Shown: positions 50,056 to 59,908 of the stretch, piece after piece
How the letters are laid out: each line of letters starts with the position of its first letter
Numbering within the stretch: the stretch's first letter is position 1
Source of the DNA: an uncultured Verrucomicrobiae bacterium
Lineage (GTDB): Bacteria; Verrucomicrobiota; Verrucomicrobiia; Chthoniobacterales; Terrimicrobiaceae
Direction: 5' to 3'
Assembly: GCA_963706955.1 (NCBI GenBank)
Contig: CAVPOC010000010.1
Span: 96,001 to 160,000, forward strand
DNA: 64,000 nt
The notes under the pieces: model-generated
Databases searched by the model: none
What the model saw: the letters and a program-made list of their open reading frames with translations, nothing else
What the model was told of the DNA's origin: nothing
Position numbers and translations under genes: made by a program

Positions 50056-51069
50056 CCCGCGCCCGGCTTTACGATGGCCACCACGGCCGGGCTGAAGCGG
50101 TCGATGCTACCCTCGTCGCCGAACAGAGCGCGATCAAAATTCAACACGCCGACGGTCGTGTGACGATCGTCCCCGCGACGAGCGTCCGGCTCGAGCCGCC
50201 CCTCGGCCGGACCGCCCGCCGCCTCTGGCTCGATGAGACCGCCTACCTTGAACTCGAACAACTCGGAAGCCTTGCTCCCCTTGAAACCCGCGTCTCCGCT
50301 GGTTCCCGCTTCGTCAACGCCGCCGAGCGCAGGCTCTCCACTGTCCTCATCGCCGTTCCCATTCTCCTTCTCGTGCTCTGGCTCGTCGTGAAAATCGGAA
50401 TTCCGGCCGTCGCCGACAGCCTCGCGACCAAACTTTCTCCCGAACTCCTCGCCGCCATTGACCGCCAAGTCCTCAAGGGCCTCGATACCACCTATCTCGA
50501 CCCCTCCGAGCTTCTGCCCGCCCGGCAAATGGAAATCGTCGAGGGCTTCCGCGCCCACACCGCGAGCCAGCCCTAGCCTCCCTGCCTACCACATCGAATT
50601 CCGAAAACTCGATGCGGGCCCCAACGCCTTCGCCCTTCCGGGCGGTGCCATCATCCTCACCGACGAGATGGTCGAAATCGCCCAATCCAACGACGAACTC
50701 TTCGCCGTCCTCGGCCATGAACTCGGTCACGTCCACCACCGGCATGGCATGAACCTCGTCTTACGAAAAATGGGTCTTTTCCTCCTCGTCAGCTTCTTCC
50801 TCGGCGACGTCAGCCCCCTCTTCGCCACCGCTGGCGCCCTCCCCGCCGTCCTGGTTGAGACTGGCTACTCGCGCCATTTTGAGAGCCAAGCCGACGACTA
50901 CGCCATTCGGTTCTGCATCGCCAGTCGCATCGGCCTCAAGCCGATGATCGCCCTCTTCCGTCGCCTCCGCGAACGGGCAGGCGACCACGCCCTTCTCACC
51001 TGGCTCTCCACCCATCCCGCACTCGAGGAACGCCTTCACGTCCTCGAACAGCACGACCAATCAAACTAG
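50052..51069 (+). CDS. M48 family zinc metallopeptidase; apparent 1-base insertion ~50573
   Basis: GTGA overlap with yjgN; after the shift, PNAFALPGG, VLGHELGH, YSRHFESQAD and WLSTHP...ER. Confidence 0.88.
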
Positions 51070-51282
51070 GCCAGCCGCCTCCATTTTCTCCTCTGGCGAC
51101 CATACCGAGAGACCGCCATGCCCGCGATCGGGCAGGCAAGAGCAAGCAAATCAAGCGCCGCGTCATCTCCATGTTCCAGATCGCGCAGGTAAATTCAAGG
51201 GGAGACTTCGTGGGAGGACTCCTGTCAATTCGTGGGGCGAAGTCTTACGAGGATTGGGCACTCCACTAGCCTGTGGAAGGCG

Positions 51283-51651
51283 CTACGCTTTCTTTGGCGG
51301 CTCCGCGTAATGAGTCATCCCTGAAATGTCGATCGCCACGAACGGCTCATCGCCTATCACCCATGCGTCGTGTCCTGGTGGGAGCAACGAAACGTCGCCA
51401 GGCTCGAAGTCCATTTCGCTGCCGTCATCCATGACGACATGGAGGCGTCCTGAGATGTGATATTGAAGATGGGGTGCCTGGCAGCTTTCCGTCTTGGCAA
51501 TCGGTTTTACGCAAGTTGACCACTTCCAGCCCGGTTGGAGGGTGACACGGCCGAATGTCACGTCTCCGAGAGTGACGAGTTCCACTTCGCCTTTGTCGAA
51601 GCTGCGCTTCTCATCCGGTTGCGACATGTTTTTGGATTGCATCTGCGTCAT
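51283..51651 (-). CDS. Cupin domain protein
   Basis: LQPGWKWS..VKP....ESCQAPH...ISG.L and PPGHDAWV. ATG chosen at 51651. Confidence 0.9.
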   Translation of the reverse strand: MTQMQSKNMSQPDEKRSFDKGEVELVTLGDVTFGRVTLQPGWKWSTCVKPIAKTESCQAPHLQYHISGRLHVVMDDGSEMDFEPGDVSLLPPGHDAWVIGDEPFVAIDISGMTHYAEPPKKA

Positions 51652-52075
51652 CGCTTGAGTGTAAGAACTTTCTCTTTTTAAGGCGAGGCTATTTTGCTCC
51701 TTGTCGGTATGCCTCGTAGTTCGTTGAACCAATCGCCTGAAGCGGGAGCGTTTGTTGGAATCGCAGGCGCAGGCAAGGGCAGCTGCGATTAATCGTCGAT
51801 CTGCAGAAGATCCGGCAATGCCAGTCTTAGTTTCTCTACATAATTCCTCAGTCGGGCGTTCGCGTCGATAAGTGCCTGACAAGCGAGCACGGTCGCCTGG
51901 ATAATTGTGTGCCCCCACGCAGGGCTTCACTAATAGTCGTCGCTAGAAAGCACTATGCTCTTTTGTCACCTGTCCGTCGAGCCGCAGCAAAATCTCGCAG
52001 GCAGAGAGTTACACGAAGATAGCGAGGGCTATCAAATTGTTTAAAATTGCGGTCGAGGAATGGGGGAACGGAATC

Positions 52076-53029
52076 TTATGGGACGGGGAAGCAATCGAGA
52101 TCGTTCGCAAATTCAACGGGGCCTGAGAAGTTCTTACGGATCTCCGTGAGGGTCCGCTCTTCGTCGCCCAAGGTGCGGAGCATGCGGTGAGACAACACCA
52201 GCCGCTTGACGCGCGCCTCCTCAGCGATCTGTCCGATCAGAGACGGAGGCATATGCAGCCGTCGCTCAACCCCAGTAGCGCCTTCGGAAACAGCGTTGTG
52301 AGCAATAAACAAATCCGCATCTTTTGCTAGCCGCACCAGCTCGACACCCTCGCCATTCGTGTCCCCGCTAAAGGCGATGGCCTTGCCGGCAATTTCGACA
52401 CGCCACGCTAAGGCCGGGACAGACCCATGAATGACCCGTGCGGCATACGCCGAAAGATGTTCGCCACGAAATGCCGCCGAAGATGGATCCCCGACCACAT
52501 TGTGAGGCCGCAGCTCGTAACCGCTCTCCTTTTGAGGCGGCAGTAGAAAACTCAAATAACGATAGAGACCGCTCCGACTATGGAAAAAAGCGTGCACGAA
52601 ATCTACCGTCGACGGAAACTCGCTGTCGCCCGCTGGGCCATACACGGGCAGCGGACGTTCGCGCTCTTCAAACCAGGACGAGAAGATCAGGGCCGGAAAA
52701 TCGGCGCTGTGGTCAACGTGGAAGTGAGTGAACAAGATCACGTCGAGTTGGGACATTTTCGCGCCACTCTCTCCGAAACGAAGACCGCTGCCACCACCGG
52801 CATCTATTAACACCCGCGCCTGTCCGTCTTGCCACACCAGATAGCTGCTGGAAGCTCGCTTAGCATGTAGCTCCGGTCCGCCGGATCCAAGCACTTGAAC
52901 TGCAATACCCTCTCCACCGCAAGTTTCAGCATCACCCGAAGGAATAAGTGGAAAATTTATGACAAGAGTCACCGAACAGAGTAGCGGGATAGAGCGGAAA
53001 ACGCTCCGATGCATGTTTCGTTCGCTCAT
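52076..53029 (-). CDS. Secreted MBL-fold metallo-hydrolase (RNase Z/arylsulfatase-like)
   Basis: VLGSGGP, LIDAG, THFHVDH, FSGDT and VLSH. Confidence 0.9.
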   Translation of the reverse strand: MSERNMHRSVFRSIPLLCSVTLVINFPLIPSGDAETCGGEGIAVQVLGSGGPELHAKRASSSYLVWQDGQARVLIDAGGGSGLRFGESGAKMSQLDVILFTHFHVDHSADFPALIFSSWFEERERPLPVYGPAGDSEFPSTVDFVHAFFHSRSGLYRYLSFLLPPQKESGYELRPHNVVGDPSSAAFRGEHLSAYAARVIHGSVPALAWRVEIAGKAIAFSGDTNGEGVELVRLAKDADLFIAHNAVSEGATGVERRLHMPPSLIGQIAEEARVKRLVLSHRMLRTLGDEERTLTEIRKNFSGPVEFANDLDCFPVP

Positions 53030-53262
53030 TTTCGGGAGACGTCAGAACAAGCTCAGCACAAGCATCTGGTGATGTCACTGGTTTCCTCTCCCGATAACAC
53101 GTCAGCTCCCGGGTCTCGATTGCCCTTTGCGTGCGCCGGCATTGCGGCACAGGATCCCGAGGATCATCGTGAATCCGAATTCCAAGCTGGATGAGGTGAT
53201 CCACGGAATCTCTTTCCCTTCCTTGCGACTGACTTTGTCCCACGCTAGCCTCCTCCAAGCTG

Positions 53263-53835
53263 ATGAACATCCATGCAGAATTTGGGCGCGAAGAGGATGG
53301 ACGCTGGTTCGCAGAGATCCCGGAACTTCCGGAGGCTCGCGCCTACGGTCCCACCCGCCGCGAAGCGGCGATCGCCCTCACCATCCGCGCCTTCCACATT
53401 CTGACAGAACGCATCGCCAGCGGCGAACTAAAGGTGGAGGACGAATCGGGAGCGATAATCTTGGGAGGCACCGCGGAGTCATTCTCCGAGCTCTTACTCG
53501 AGCTGCAACGTGGTCACACTCTCAGCGCGGAGCCGATCGCCGCTATCGCAGAGAGCAAGAGCGAGGGGCCTAAGAGCCTTCGCAGCGATGAAGAACCGCC
53601 GGCGGGATCGAGCGCCGCCGACGAAGTCGAAAGTTTCGCCCCCGCGCCGTTGCCGACGCCGAGAACGCTGGCCGACTACCATCGCCTGCGTGACCTGCTC
53701 GAGGACCTGATCGAGAGGGTGGGGGCAGATGAATCGCACCCCTTGGCAGCATACATGGATCGCGTCGGCACGCTGGTTGAGCAATACGAGAACACCCATC
53801 TTGCGGAAATCATCGAAAGCAAGCAGAAGCGATAG
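53263..53835 (+). CDS. Chimeric antitoxin-like protein: HicB-like N-terminal domain plus a HigA-N-like helical C-terminal domain
   Basis: EEDGRWFAEIPELP...YG.TR.EA (HicB-like) and PRTLADYHRL..LLEDLIERVGADESHPLA..MD.VGTLVEQYE (HigA-type N-terminal region). No HTH domain is visible. Confidence 0.7.
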   Translation: MNIHAEFGREEDGRWFAEIPELPEARAYGPTRREAAIALTIRAFHILTERIASGELKVEDESGAIILGGTAESFSELLLELQRGHTLSAEPIAAIAESKSEGPKSLRSDEEPPAGSSAADEVESFAPAPLPTPRTLADYHRLRDLLEDLIERVGADESHPLAAYMDRVGTLVEQYENTHLAEIIESKQKR

Positions 53836-54101
53836 CGCTTTGGTTGTGCGCTCGAGATCCGGAAAGGCAATTTCACTCTGCTCGACCGCGCTGAGGCTGA
53901 CCTGGAGATGGTCCGCCTGCTCGCACCAAGCGGACCTCCCATAGGGGGAAACTCAGCAGGCTCGTCGCGACGCGAGAGAGTCGTCCGATTTCTGCCGCCT
54001 AATGCAGCCGACGGCAATCAAGCTCAACGGGATTGCATCGGCTCTGAATGAGTGTGGAGGGGATGTCGGCCCATCAGAATGCCTGAGCAGCACCGTCGCA
54101 G

Positions 54102-54305
54102 TCATGGACTGAAGATCAAGGCAACGTAGATGAGAAAGATGATCAAGTGCAATGGCCCTTCGAGAACGGTGGTCCGGGGCAGCGAGGAAGTGAGTGCGCT
54201 GAGCACGAGCGTAAGAACGAAAAGGGTCACGCCGGCCGTGTCGAGACCGAGGACCATTGTTTTGCCTGTCGCAAGACCAACGCCGAGAATCGCCGACACG
54301 ATCAA
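54102..54305 (-). pseudogene. C-terminal fragment of a Ca2+/H+ antiporter (ChaA/CaCA family)
   Basis: GKTMVLGLD...LFVLTLVLS.LT...RTTVLEG.LHLIIF.IY..LIF.P matches the last TM helices of ChaA. Confidence 0.65.
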
Positions 54306-54310
54306 TCTGG

Positions 54311-54553
54311 TCAGGAGAGGCTTGGCTCACTTCCTCGCTGGAAATCGGCTCTCCACTGGTCCGACCTCGATCGAGAAGCGAGGGCATGGTCTAAATTCTG
54401 GCGCCTGATCCAGCCGAAGGCAATTAGGCTCAGTGGGAATGTCCCCATGGTGATGAAACCTAAAGGTCCGGGCGATGCAAGAACGCTGGCTTTCTCGAAC
54501 GCGACGCTCTCCAGTCTCTCAGTGGTAGAGAAGCTTGTCTTCACCGTATGCAT
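54311..54553 (-). pseudogene. Possible N-terminal fragment of a GPR1/FUN34/YaaH (SatP) transporter
   Basis: LASPGPLGF.TMGTFPLSL..FGW resembles the NPxPLGL motif. A partial second copy lies at 53965-54032. Confidence 0.35.
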
Positions 54554-54749
54554 AAATTTTCATGACCACAGTAGAGAATCTGGCGAGATCGTAAATGGAA
54601 CGAAAGATCCACTCCATGCGGAGGGACGCCGCGAATTGGTTGAGAGTTGAGAGAGCACCAAGAGGGCGCGGTCAAGACATAGTTAAGACTTCCCGTCTAG
54701 GACCTAGGTAACACATTGGCGTTTATTGGATCGAAGCAATCTTCTGCCC

Positions 54750-54779
54750 AATCTGTGCCCATCTGTGAAATCTGCGGAT
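54750..54779. repeat. Short ATCTG(T/C)G triplicate
   Basis: AATCTGTGCCCATCTGTGAAATCTGCGGAT, just downstream of the response regulator stop codon. Confidence 0.4.
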
Positions 54780-54799
54780 TAAAACTTAATTCTTAAAAC

Positions 54800-55447
54800 T
54801 TAAGACTCCCTATTACGGGCAGCTTCCGAACTAAGCACCTCGAGTGCCCGCAGGCTGGCGGCGGTGCGGGTTTCGACGCCGAGCTTTTCGAAGATGTCGA
54901 GCACATGCTTTTTGACGGTGGATTCGCTATTGCCGAGAATCACAGCGATCTCTGCATTGGTCTTCCCTTGGGTTAACCAGAGTAGCGTTTCCGCGACGCG
55001 AGGAGTTAAACCCAACACCACTTCCAGCGGCTTCGCGGATTCAAAATTCGGCTTGAATTCTGGGACGGTCTGTTGCGAGGCGCGCTCCAGGCGCGCGCGG
55101 ACCGCCGCAAGCAGATCGGCCTTGGCGACCGGTTTTGTTAGGTAATCGTCCGCGCCGAGATTCATTCCGGCACGAACTTCGGGTTTTTCTCCTTTGGCAG
55201 TGAGAAAGATGAACGGAATCGCGGCGGTTTCCGGGCTGGCACGAAGCGCAGCGATGACGCCATAGCCGTCCAGCTTCGGCATCATGACATCGCAAAGAAC
55301 CAGGTCCGGCATTTCCCTCTTGGCCAACTCGACTCCAAGGAGACCATCCTCAGCAGCCAGCGGCTGGAACCTCTCGAGCCGGAGGATTGCCATGAGGTTC
55401 CGGCGCATTTCTGGTTCGTCTTCAATCACCAAAATCCTTTTCATCAA
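54800..55447 (-). CDS. Response regulator (REC plus LuxR-type HTH)
   Basis: ILVIEDE, PDLVLCDVMMP, FLTAK, DDYLTKP and GKTNAEIA..L..SESTVKKH...IFEKLGV. Confidence 0.95.
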   Translation of the reverse strand: MMKRILVIEDEPEMRRNLMAILRLERFQPLAAEDGLLGVELAKREMPDLVLCDVMMPKLDGYGVIAALRASPETAAIPFIFLTAKGEKPEVRAGMNLGADDYLTKPVAKADLLAAVRARLERASQQTVPEFKPNFESAKPLEVVLGLTPRVAETLLWLTQGKTNAEIAVILGNSESTVKKHVLDIFEKLGVETRTAASLRALEVLSSEAARNRES

Positions 55448-55501
55448 ATGTATCGGCTACGCGTCGCGATTTTGAGCGACAGGATTATTTTCGCAATGAA
55501 T

Positions 55502-57922
55502 TCAGGCGCCTGGCAACTGTCGAGGCTGGCCGTCGGCGACAGAGAAAGTCCCGGAGCTGAACATTGGTAGCCTCACCGTCACGCACGTTCCCTCCCCCAG
55601 CTTGCTCTCAATTTCAATCTTACCGCCTTGCAGATCGACGCAACGCTTCACGATGACGAGACCGAGTCCAGTGCCCGGCCGGTCGGCAACGTTATGTCCG
55701 CGATGAAAAGCGTCAAAGAGCCACTCGCGATCGGCTTGCGCAATGCCGATCCCTTGATCGCGGATCGCGCAGACAATTTCCGCGCCCTCCTGCGCAACTT
55801 CGCACCGAATCACGCGTCCCGCGTCGGAATACTTTACCGCGTTCGTCAGCAAATTTGTGAAGATATGATGCAGCAGCCGCTCGTCAGCTTGTATTTCCAG
55901 CGGAATCTCGCCGACACTCAACTCGATCGGACATCGCCTGTCCGTCGCCGAGAGAACCTCGTCCGCCAGCCGCCGGATGAATCCTCGCACATCGACAGCC
56001 GCCGGTTTGAATTCCGCTTTCCCAGCATCCAGACTGCCGACAAGTAATGCCTCTTCCATGAGCGCAGCCATGCGGCGCGTGTTCTTGCAGATGGACTCCA
56101 AATGGTCTTCGCGTTCAACTGGCGGCAACTGGTCGAGGTAATCCTTGAGGATTTCCGCGGATGATTGGATGATCCCCAAAGGCGTTCGAAACTCGTGCGA
56201 GACCATGGAAACGAAATTGCTCCGCAATTGCCCGAGTTGTTTTTCTCGAGCCAACGTGCGGAGCAATTCAGCTTCCGCGTGCTTGCGCTGGGTGATATCA
56301 AGACCAATCACTAGCATGTGCGGTTGACGATTGATCTCGATGATGTCGGCGGATTGAACAATAGTGTGGACCGAGCCCAGCGAAGTCCGAAGCTGGCATT
56401 CAACCTCTCGGACTGAGCCGTTGCGCTCAAGATCGGTCAAAAATTTCGCGCGATCTTCGCGGTTCACCCATATTCCGAGTTCCTGCGAGTCACGCCCAAG
56501 GATCTCTTCCCGGCTGAGTCCAAACCACCGAACGAAGGCATCGTTGGCCTCGATGCACTTCTTGTCACTCAAGCGCACGATGGTGATATTCACCGGGCTG
56601 GTGTGAAACGCCTTACTGAAGCGTTCTTCGCTCTCGCGCAGGAGATGCTCCGACTGCGCTCGACTCGATTCTTCCAGCGCCAGCGAAGCCATGGCGGCAA
56701 GCGCCGAAACGAAGTCGACCTCTTCAGCGGACCAAATGCGGGAGGGACCGGTATGCTCGTGACAAAGAACGCCAACAACTTTGCCCCCCACCCAAACAGG
56801 TGCATCGAGCATGGAAGAAATTCCGAGCGGCTGGAGGTAGGTCTTCGCCAATCCGCTGGTCGCTGGATAGGTGAGCGCGTCGTCGGCAACGACCGGACGT
56901 TTCGAAGTTAGCGCTGCAAAATAGGTCGGACAATCCGGAGAAACCAGCCGGCTACCTTTGAACTGCTCATCAACGCCTCCCGAATCGCGCAGATAGAGCA
57001 GTTCACATGCAATCGCGGAGTCATTCTCCTGAAGAGCCCAATAACTGACGCGAGCCACATCCAGCGTCATCGCCGAGAGCGAACAGATTTTTTCAATCGC
57101 GTTGCCGAGGTTCGATTTATCTGAGTGTGCCAGTTCAAGCAAGACATCACGGTGGATCTCGACCTCCTCGCCATGCCTGCGCAACTGCTCTTCCGCACGC
57201 CTAAGCTGGTCGTTCGAACGGACGAGTTCGATCGTCCGTTCATCCACCCGTTTCTCGAGCGAGGCATTGAGCTGACGCACTTCGCGTTCAGCCCGCTCGC
57301 GCTCTTCGCGCGTGCGAAGCGCGAGGACCCCATATGCCAGGTTGTTGGCCAAATCTGTATACTGCTCAACCGTTGTCTCGGTGAAGACATCGGGCTCGAA
57401 AGCGTAGAGTGCGAGCGCGCCAAACGCCTCGCCGTGAGACATCAAAGGAAGTGAGACTGAGGACGCAAAGCCACGCAAAGCCGCCTCGGATCGCCACAGA
57501 GCCATATTCGGATCCGTGAGAATGTTTCTCGTCCACGATGTCGTTCCCGTGCGGATGGCCGCACCCATCGGACCGCGACCCGCCTCGGTGTCTGCCCAGG
57601 TAATGTGAAGCAAATCCAGGTATCCAGCCTCATATCCCGCATGTGCGACTGGACGGACGGTTTTGGCTTCATCAAATTCCCGGTAGCCAACCCACGCCAT
57701 GCGCAGGCCGCCGACATCGACCAGGATCTGACAGACGGAACGCAGCAACTCGTATTCCTCGCCAGCGCGGACGAGCGCCTTGTTGCAGTCGTTGACAGTT
57801 CGCAGCGTTCGGTTGAGTCGCGCGAGTTGCCCCTCCGCCCGTTCGCTGGCGCGCCGCGCCTCCGCCAGCAGCGCATCGCTCTGGTTCGGAAAGTCTGCGC
57901 CCACCTTTTTTAGCTTTGGCAT
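55502..57922 (-). CDS. Cytoplasmic sensor histidine kinase (GAF-GAF-PAS-HisKA-HATPase)
   Basis: Two GAF domains, a PAS domain (EANDAF), H-box SHEFRTPL, N-box NLLTNAVKYS, DQGIG and GTGLGL. No TM segments. Confidence 0.95.
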   Translation of the reverse strand: MPKLKKVGADFPNQSDALLAEARRASERAEGQLARLNRTLRTVNDCNKALVRAGEEYELLRSVCQILVDVGGLRMAWVGYREFDEAKTVRPVAHAGYEAGYLDLLHITWADTEAGRGPMGAAIRTGTTSWTRNILTDPNMALWRSEAALRGFASSVSLPLMSHGEAFGALALYAFEPDVFTETTVEQYTDLANNLAYGVLALRTREERERAEREVRQLNASLEKRVDERTIELVRSNDQLRRAEEQLRRHGEEVEIHRDVLLELAHSDKSNLGNAIEKICSLSAMTLDVARVSYWALQENDSAIACELLYLRDSGGVDEQFKGSRLVSPDCPTYFAALTSKRPVVADDALTYPATSGLAKTYLQPLGISSMLDAPVWVGGKVVGVLCHEHTGPSRIWSAEEVDFVSALAAMASLALEESSRAQSEHLLRESEERFSKAFHTSPVNITIVRLSDKKCIEANDAFVRWFGLSREEILGRDSQELGIWVNREDRAKFLTDLERNGSVREVECQLRTSLGSVHTIVQSADIIEINRQPHMLVIGLDITQRKHAEAELLRTLAREKQLGQLRSNFVSMVSHEFRTPLGIIQSSAEILKDYLDQLPPVEREDHLESICKNTRRMAALMEEALLVGSLDAGKAEFKPAAVDVRGFIRRLADEVLSATDRRCPIELSVGEIPLEIQADERLLHHIFTNLLTNAVKYSDAGRVIRCEVAQEGAEIVCAIRDQGIGIAQADREWLFDAFHRGHNVADRPGTGLGLVIVKRCVDLQGGKIEIESKLGEGTCVTVRLPMFSSGTFSVADGQPRQLPGA

Positions 57923-58179
57923 CTCGCAAATGTCGACGTCGGGCTGGTCGTACCGTTCGGCATGAATCTATCCAGGGGATGGACACTGCGCAATGACGCT
58001 GACCTTGTTTGCAATGCCGTCTGGAGCTTGCCACGGCGTTGTCGCCGGCAGATGAATGCGCTTTGAAGGCACCGCACGGTGGTGGCCCGGCGTGCGATCA
58101 AGAACTCGGAGGCCTGCGCCAGCCCGCTTCGAAACGCATCGTAGATGCTGCGCGTTAGCGACTTTTTCGTCCCGCAATA

Positions 58180-58401
58180 TCAGCCCGGACCTGGCGCCTG
58201 CATTCTGAAAAGCGGCACGAGCTTGATCCATGTAAGCAGACGAACAGTCTTTGTGGATGACGACCGCTCCAGTTTCCTCTCCTCGTCGTCGCCTCCTCGG
58301 GCCGGTCTGTGTGCATTGGCTGCGAGCGAGTTCACCCCTATTACGATCGTTTGGCTGTTGAGCCACTCTTCAAGGTCACCCGGAAGTTGCTTTGCTTTCA
58401 T
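58180..58401 (-). CDS. Small hypothetical protein
   Basis: 73-aa ORF preceded by a strong SD (AAGGAGG) upstream of the ATG; no recognisable domain. Confidence 0.4.
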   Translation of the reverse strand: MKAKQLPGDLEEWLNSQTIVIGVNSLAANAHRPARGGDDEERKLERSSSTKTVRLLTWIKLVPLFRMQAPGPG

Positions 58402-58610
58402 GTATCTCCTCCTTCACCTCGAGTTCTTGCGAAATGACTTACTTCTCGCCTTAGCTCGAAGTCTCTCTCTTCATAATGCTTCCTCGAAGGATCGTAAATG
58501 GAACGAAAGGTGCGCTTCTGCGAAGTCGTCTACCTCGACATTTAGTGGTAGGCGCAGGAAAAGGCTTGTTGATGGGCGAGCCTGTTGATCGTTGATCGTT
58601 GCGGCGCGGC

Positions 58611-58748
58611 GGGGAGCGCATTCGCCCAGGCGAATCCTCGCGTGCAGTCTTCGACGTCCCGGCGAAGACATCTCTCCTCCGTGCGAGTGAGCTGAACTTC
58701 TGTTTCCGCGAGACGCCGGACACCACACCCGGGACGGGTATGCTCCCC
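58611..58748 (-). mobile_element. MITE/REP-like palindromic element, copy 2
   Basis: Minus strand reads GGGGAGCATACCCG...GTGTCCGGCGTCTCGCGGA...TGTCTTCGCCGGGACGTCGAAGACTGCACGCGAG...TGCGCTCCCC, colinear with 48360-48481. Confidence 0.65.
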
Positions 58749-58842
58749 ATTGCGATGTTCGTTCATCGCGAATGAAGGTCTCGCAAAGCAGTTCCCTTCT
58801 GATCAGCGCAGCGCGTAAGTACGCGTCAATTGCACCGAACTC

Positions 58843-59235
58843 TTAACCTTGATTTCTGGCACTACGGCCGGTGCGGCCATCTTCTACCTTGAGGAGCCGC
58901 CAAGGTGGATTCGCCCGAAATCGTCGACTCCAGCGCAGGAAGTCCTCTTTAGGCACTTTCGCTTGTGCAGCCATCCACACTTCGACTTGGTTATCGCCAA
59001 CGCTGGTGGCAACGAAATTTCGCAGCGGCTCTGGCGACAAGCCAGCCGCCTCCAAAAATCGGCGGTCCATCGGGCAATTGAAACGATAGGAGCCGGCCCG
59101 GCCGAGGAGCTCTGCGCGGCACTTGTCCACCAGTCGTGCGGCCCACACCGGGAAATCCTCGAGTGCGGCGGACGGACTCCGTGGCGCAACGCGATTCAGG
59201 TCGGTTGCAAAGGCGCGAAGTTTTTCGGTGTTCAT
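58843..59235 (-). CDS. DUF5069-like protein (possibly degenerate)
   Basis: APRSP...L....AR.VDKCRA...G..G.Y.FNCPMD..FL pattern. Confidence 0.7.
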   Translation of the reverse strand: MNTEKLRAFATDLNRVAPRSPSAALEDFPVWAARLVDKCRAELLGRAGSYRFNCPMDRRFLEAAGLSPEPLRNFVATSVGDNQVEVWMAAQAKVPKEDFLRWSRRFRANPPWRLLKVEDGRTGRSARNQG

Positions 59236-59870
59236 GCCGTCTCCAGCAACGAGGAAGCGAGTGGCCTGCCAGGGACCAACGATGTTGGTCGCCTCGCTGT
59301 CACGTAGTGTTCATGACGGCGCGTCAAGTACTTCGGATAGCTTCCGCGATACCCGAGCAGCCGGGCGAATGGCGCCACCAATCCAAAAAGCACTCTCTGC
59401 ACCAGGCGTGGTGGCCGGGTAAACCGGACCACGTCGCTGAACTCGCGGGCGAAGACGACCAGTTGGAGAAAATGGGGCATCCCCCTTCGATCAACCCTTC
59501 CATCTTGAGCCAAGCCGAACGCGTTAAGAATCATGACCTCGAACCGAGCAGCCGGACGAATTTCGACGCGAACCACCGCATCGTGTTCCCCGGCGTTCCA
59601 CCAGTCGTGCGGAACGCCAGGAGGCACGAGCAACGTAACGCCCGGCTTCGCTTTGATGGCGCGTCCGGACAATCGAACTCCGAGCTCGCCGCGAATGAGA
59701 GTAAACCGCTCTTCGATTGCCGGATGGTAATGCTCTCCCATTACCGCGCCGCTCGGCGCAATGTAGAGGTCCGCCACCAGAAGTTTGCCATCGCTTTCAT
59801 GGGTGCCGATGCGAACGATAGCCGCTTCGCCGGTTACCGGATTTTGAAAGAAATCGCCAGCTTTCGACAT
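59232..59870 (-). CDS. Cupin domain protein
   Basis: NPVTGE, EHYHP..EERF...G and VPPGVPHDWWNAG. ATG chosen at 59870. Confidence 0.88.
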   Translation of the reverse strand: MSKAGDFFQNPVTGEAAIVRIGTHESDGKLLVADLYIAPSGAVMGEHYHPAIEERFTLIRGELGVRLSGRAIKAKPGVTLLVPPGVPHDWWNAGEHDAVVRVEIRPAARFEVMILNAFGLAQDGRVDRRGMPHFLQLVVFAREFSDVVRFTRPPRLVQRVLFGLVAPFARLLGYRGSYPKYLTRRHEHYVTARRPTSLVPGRPLASSLLETA

Positions 59871-59908
59871 AAACGCTTTTCGAGATGAATTGAGTGATGC
59901 AGTCGTGG

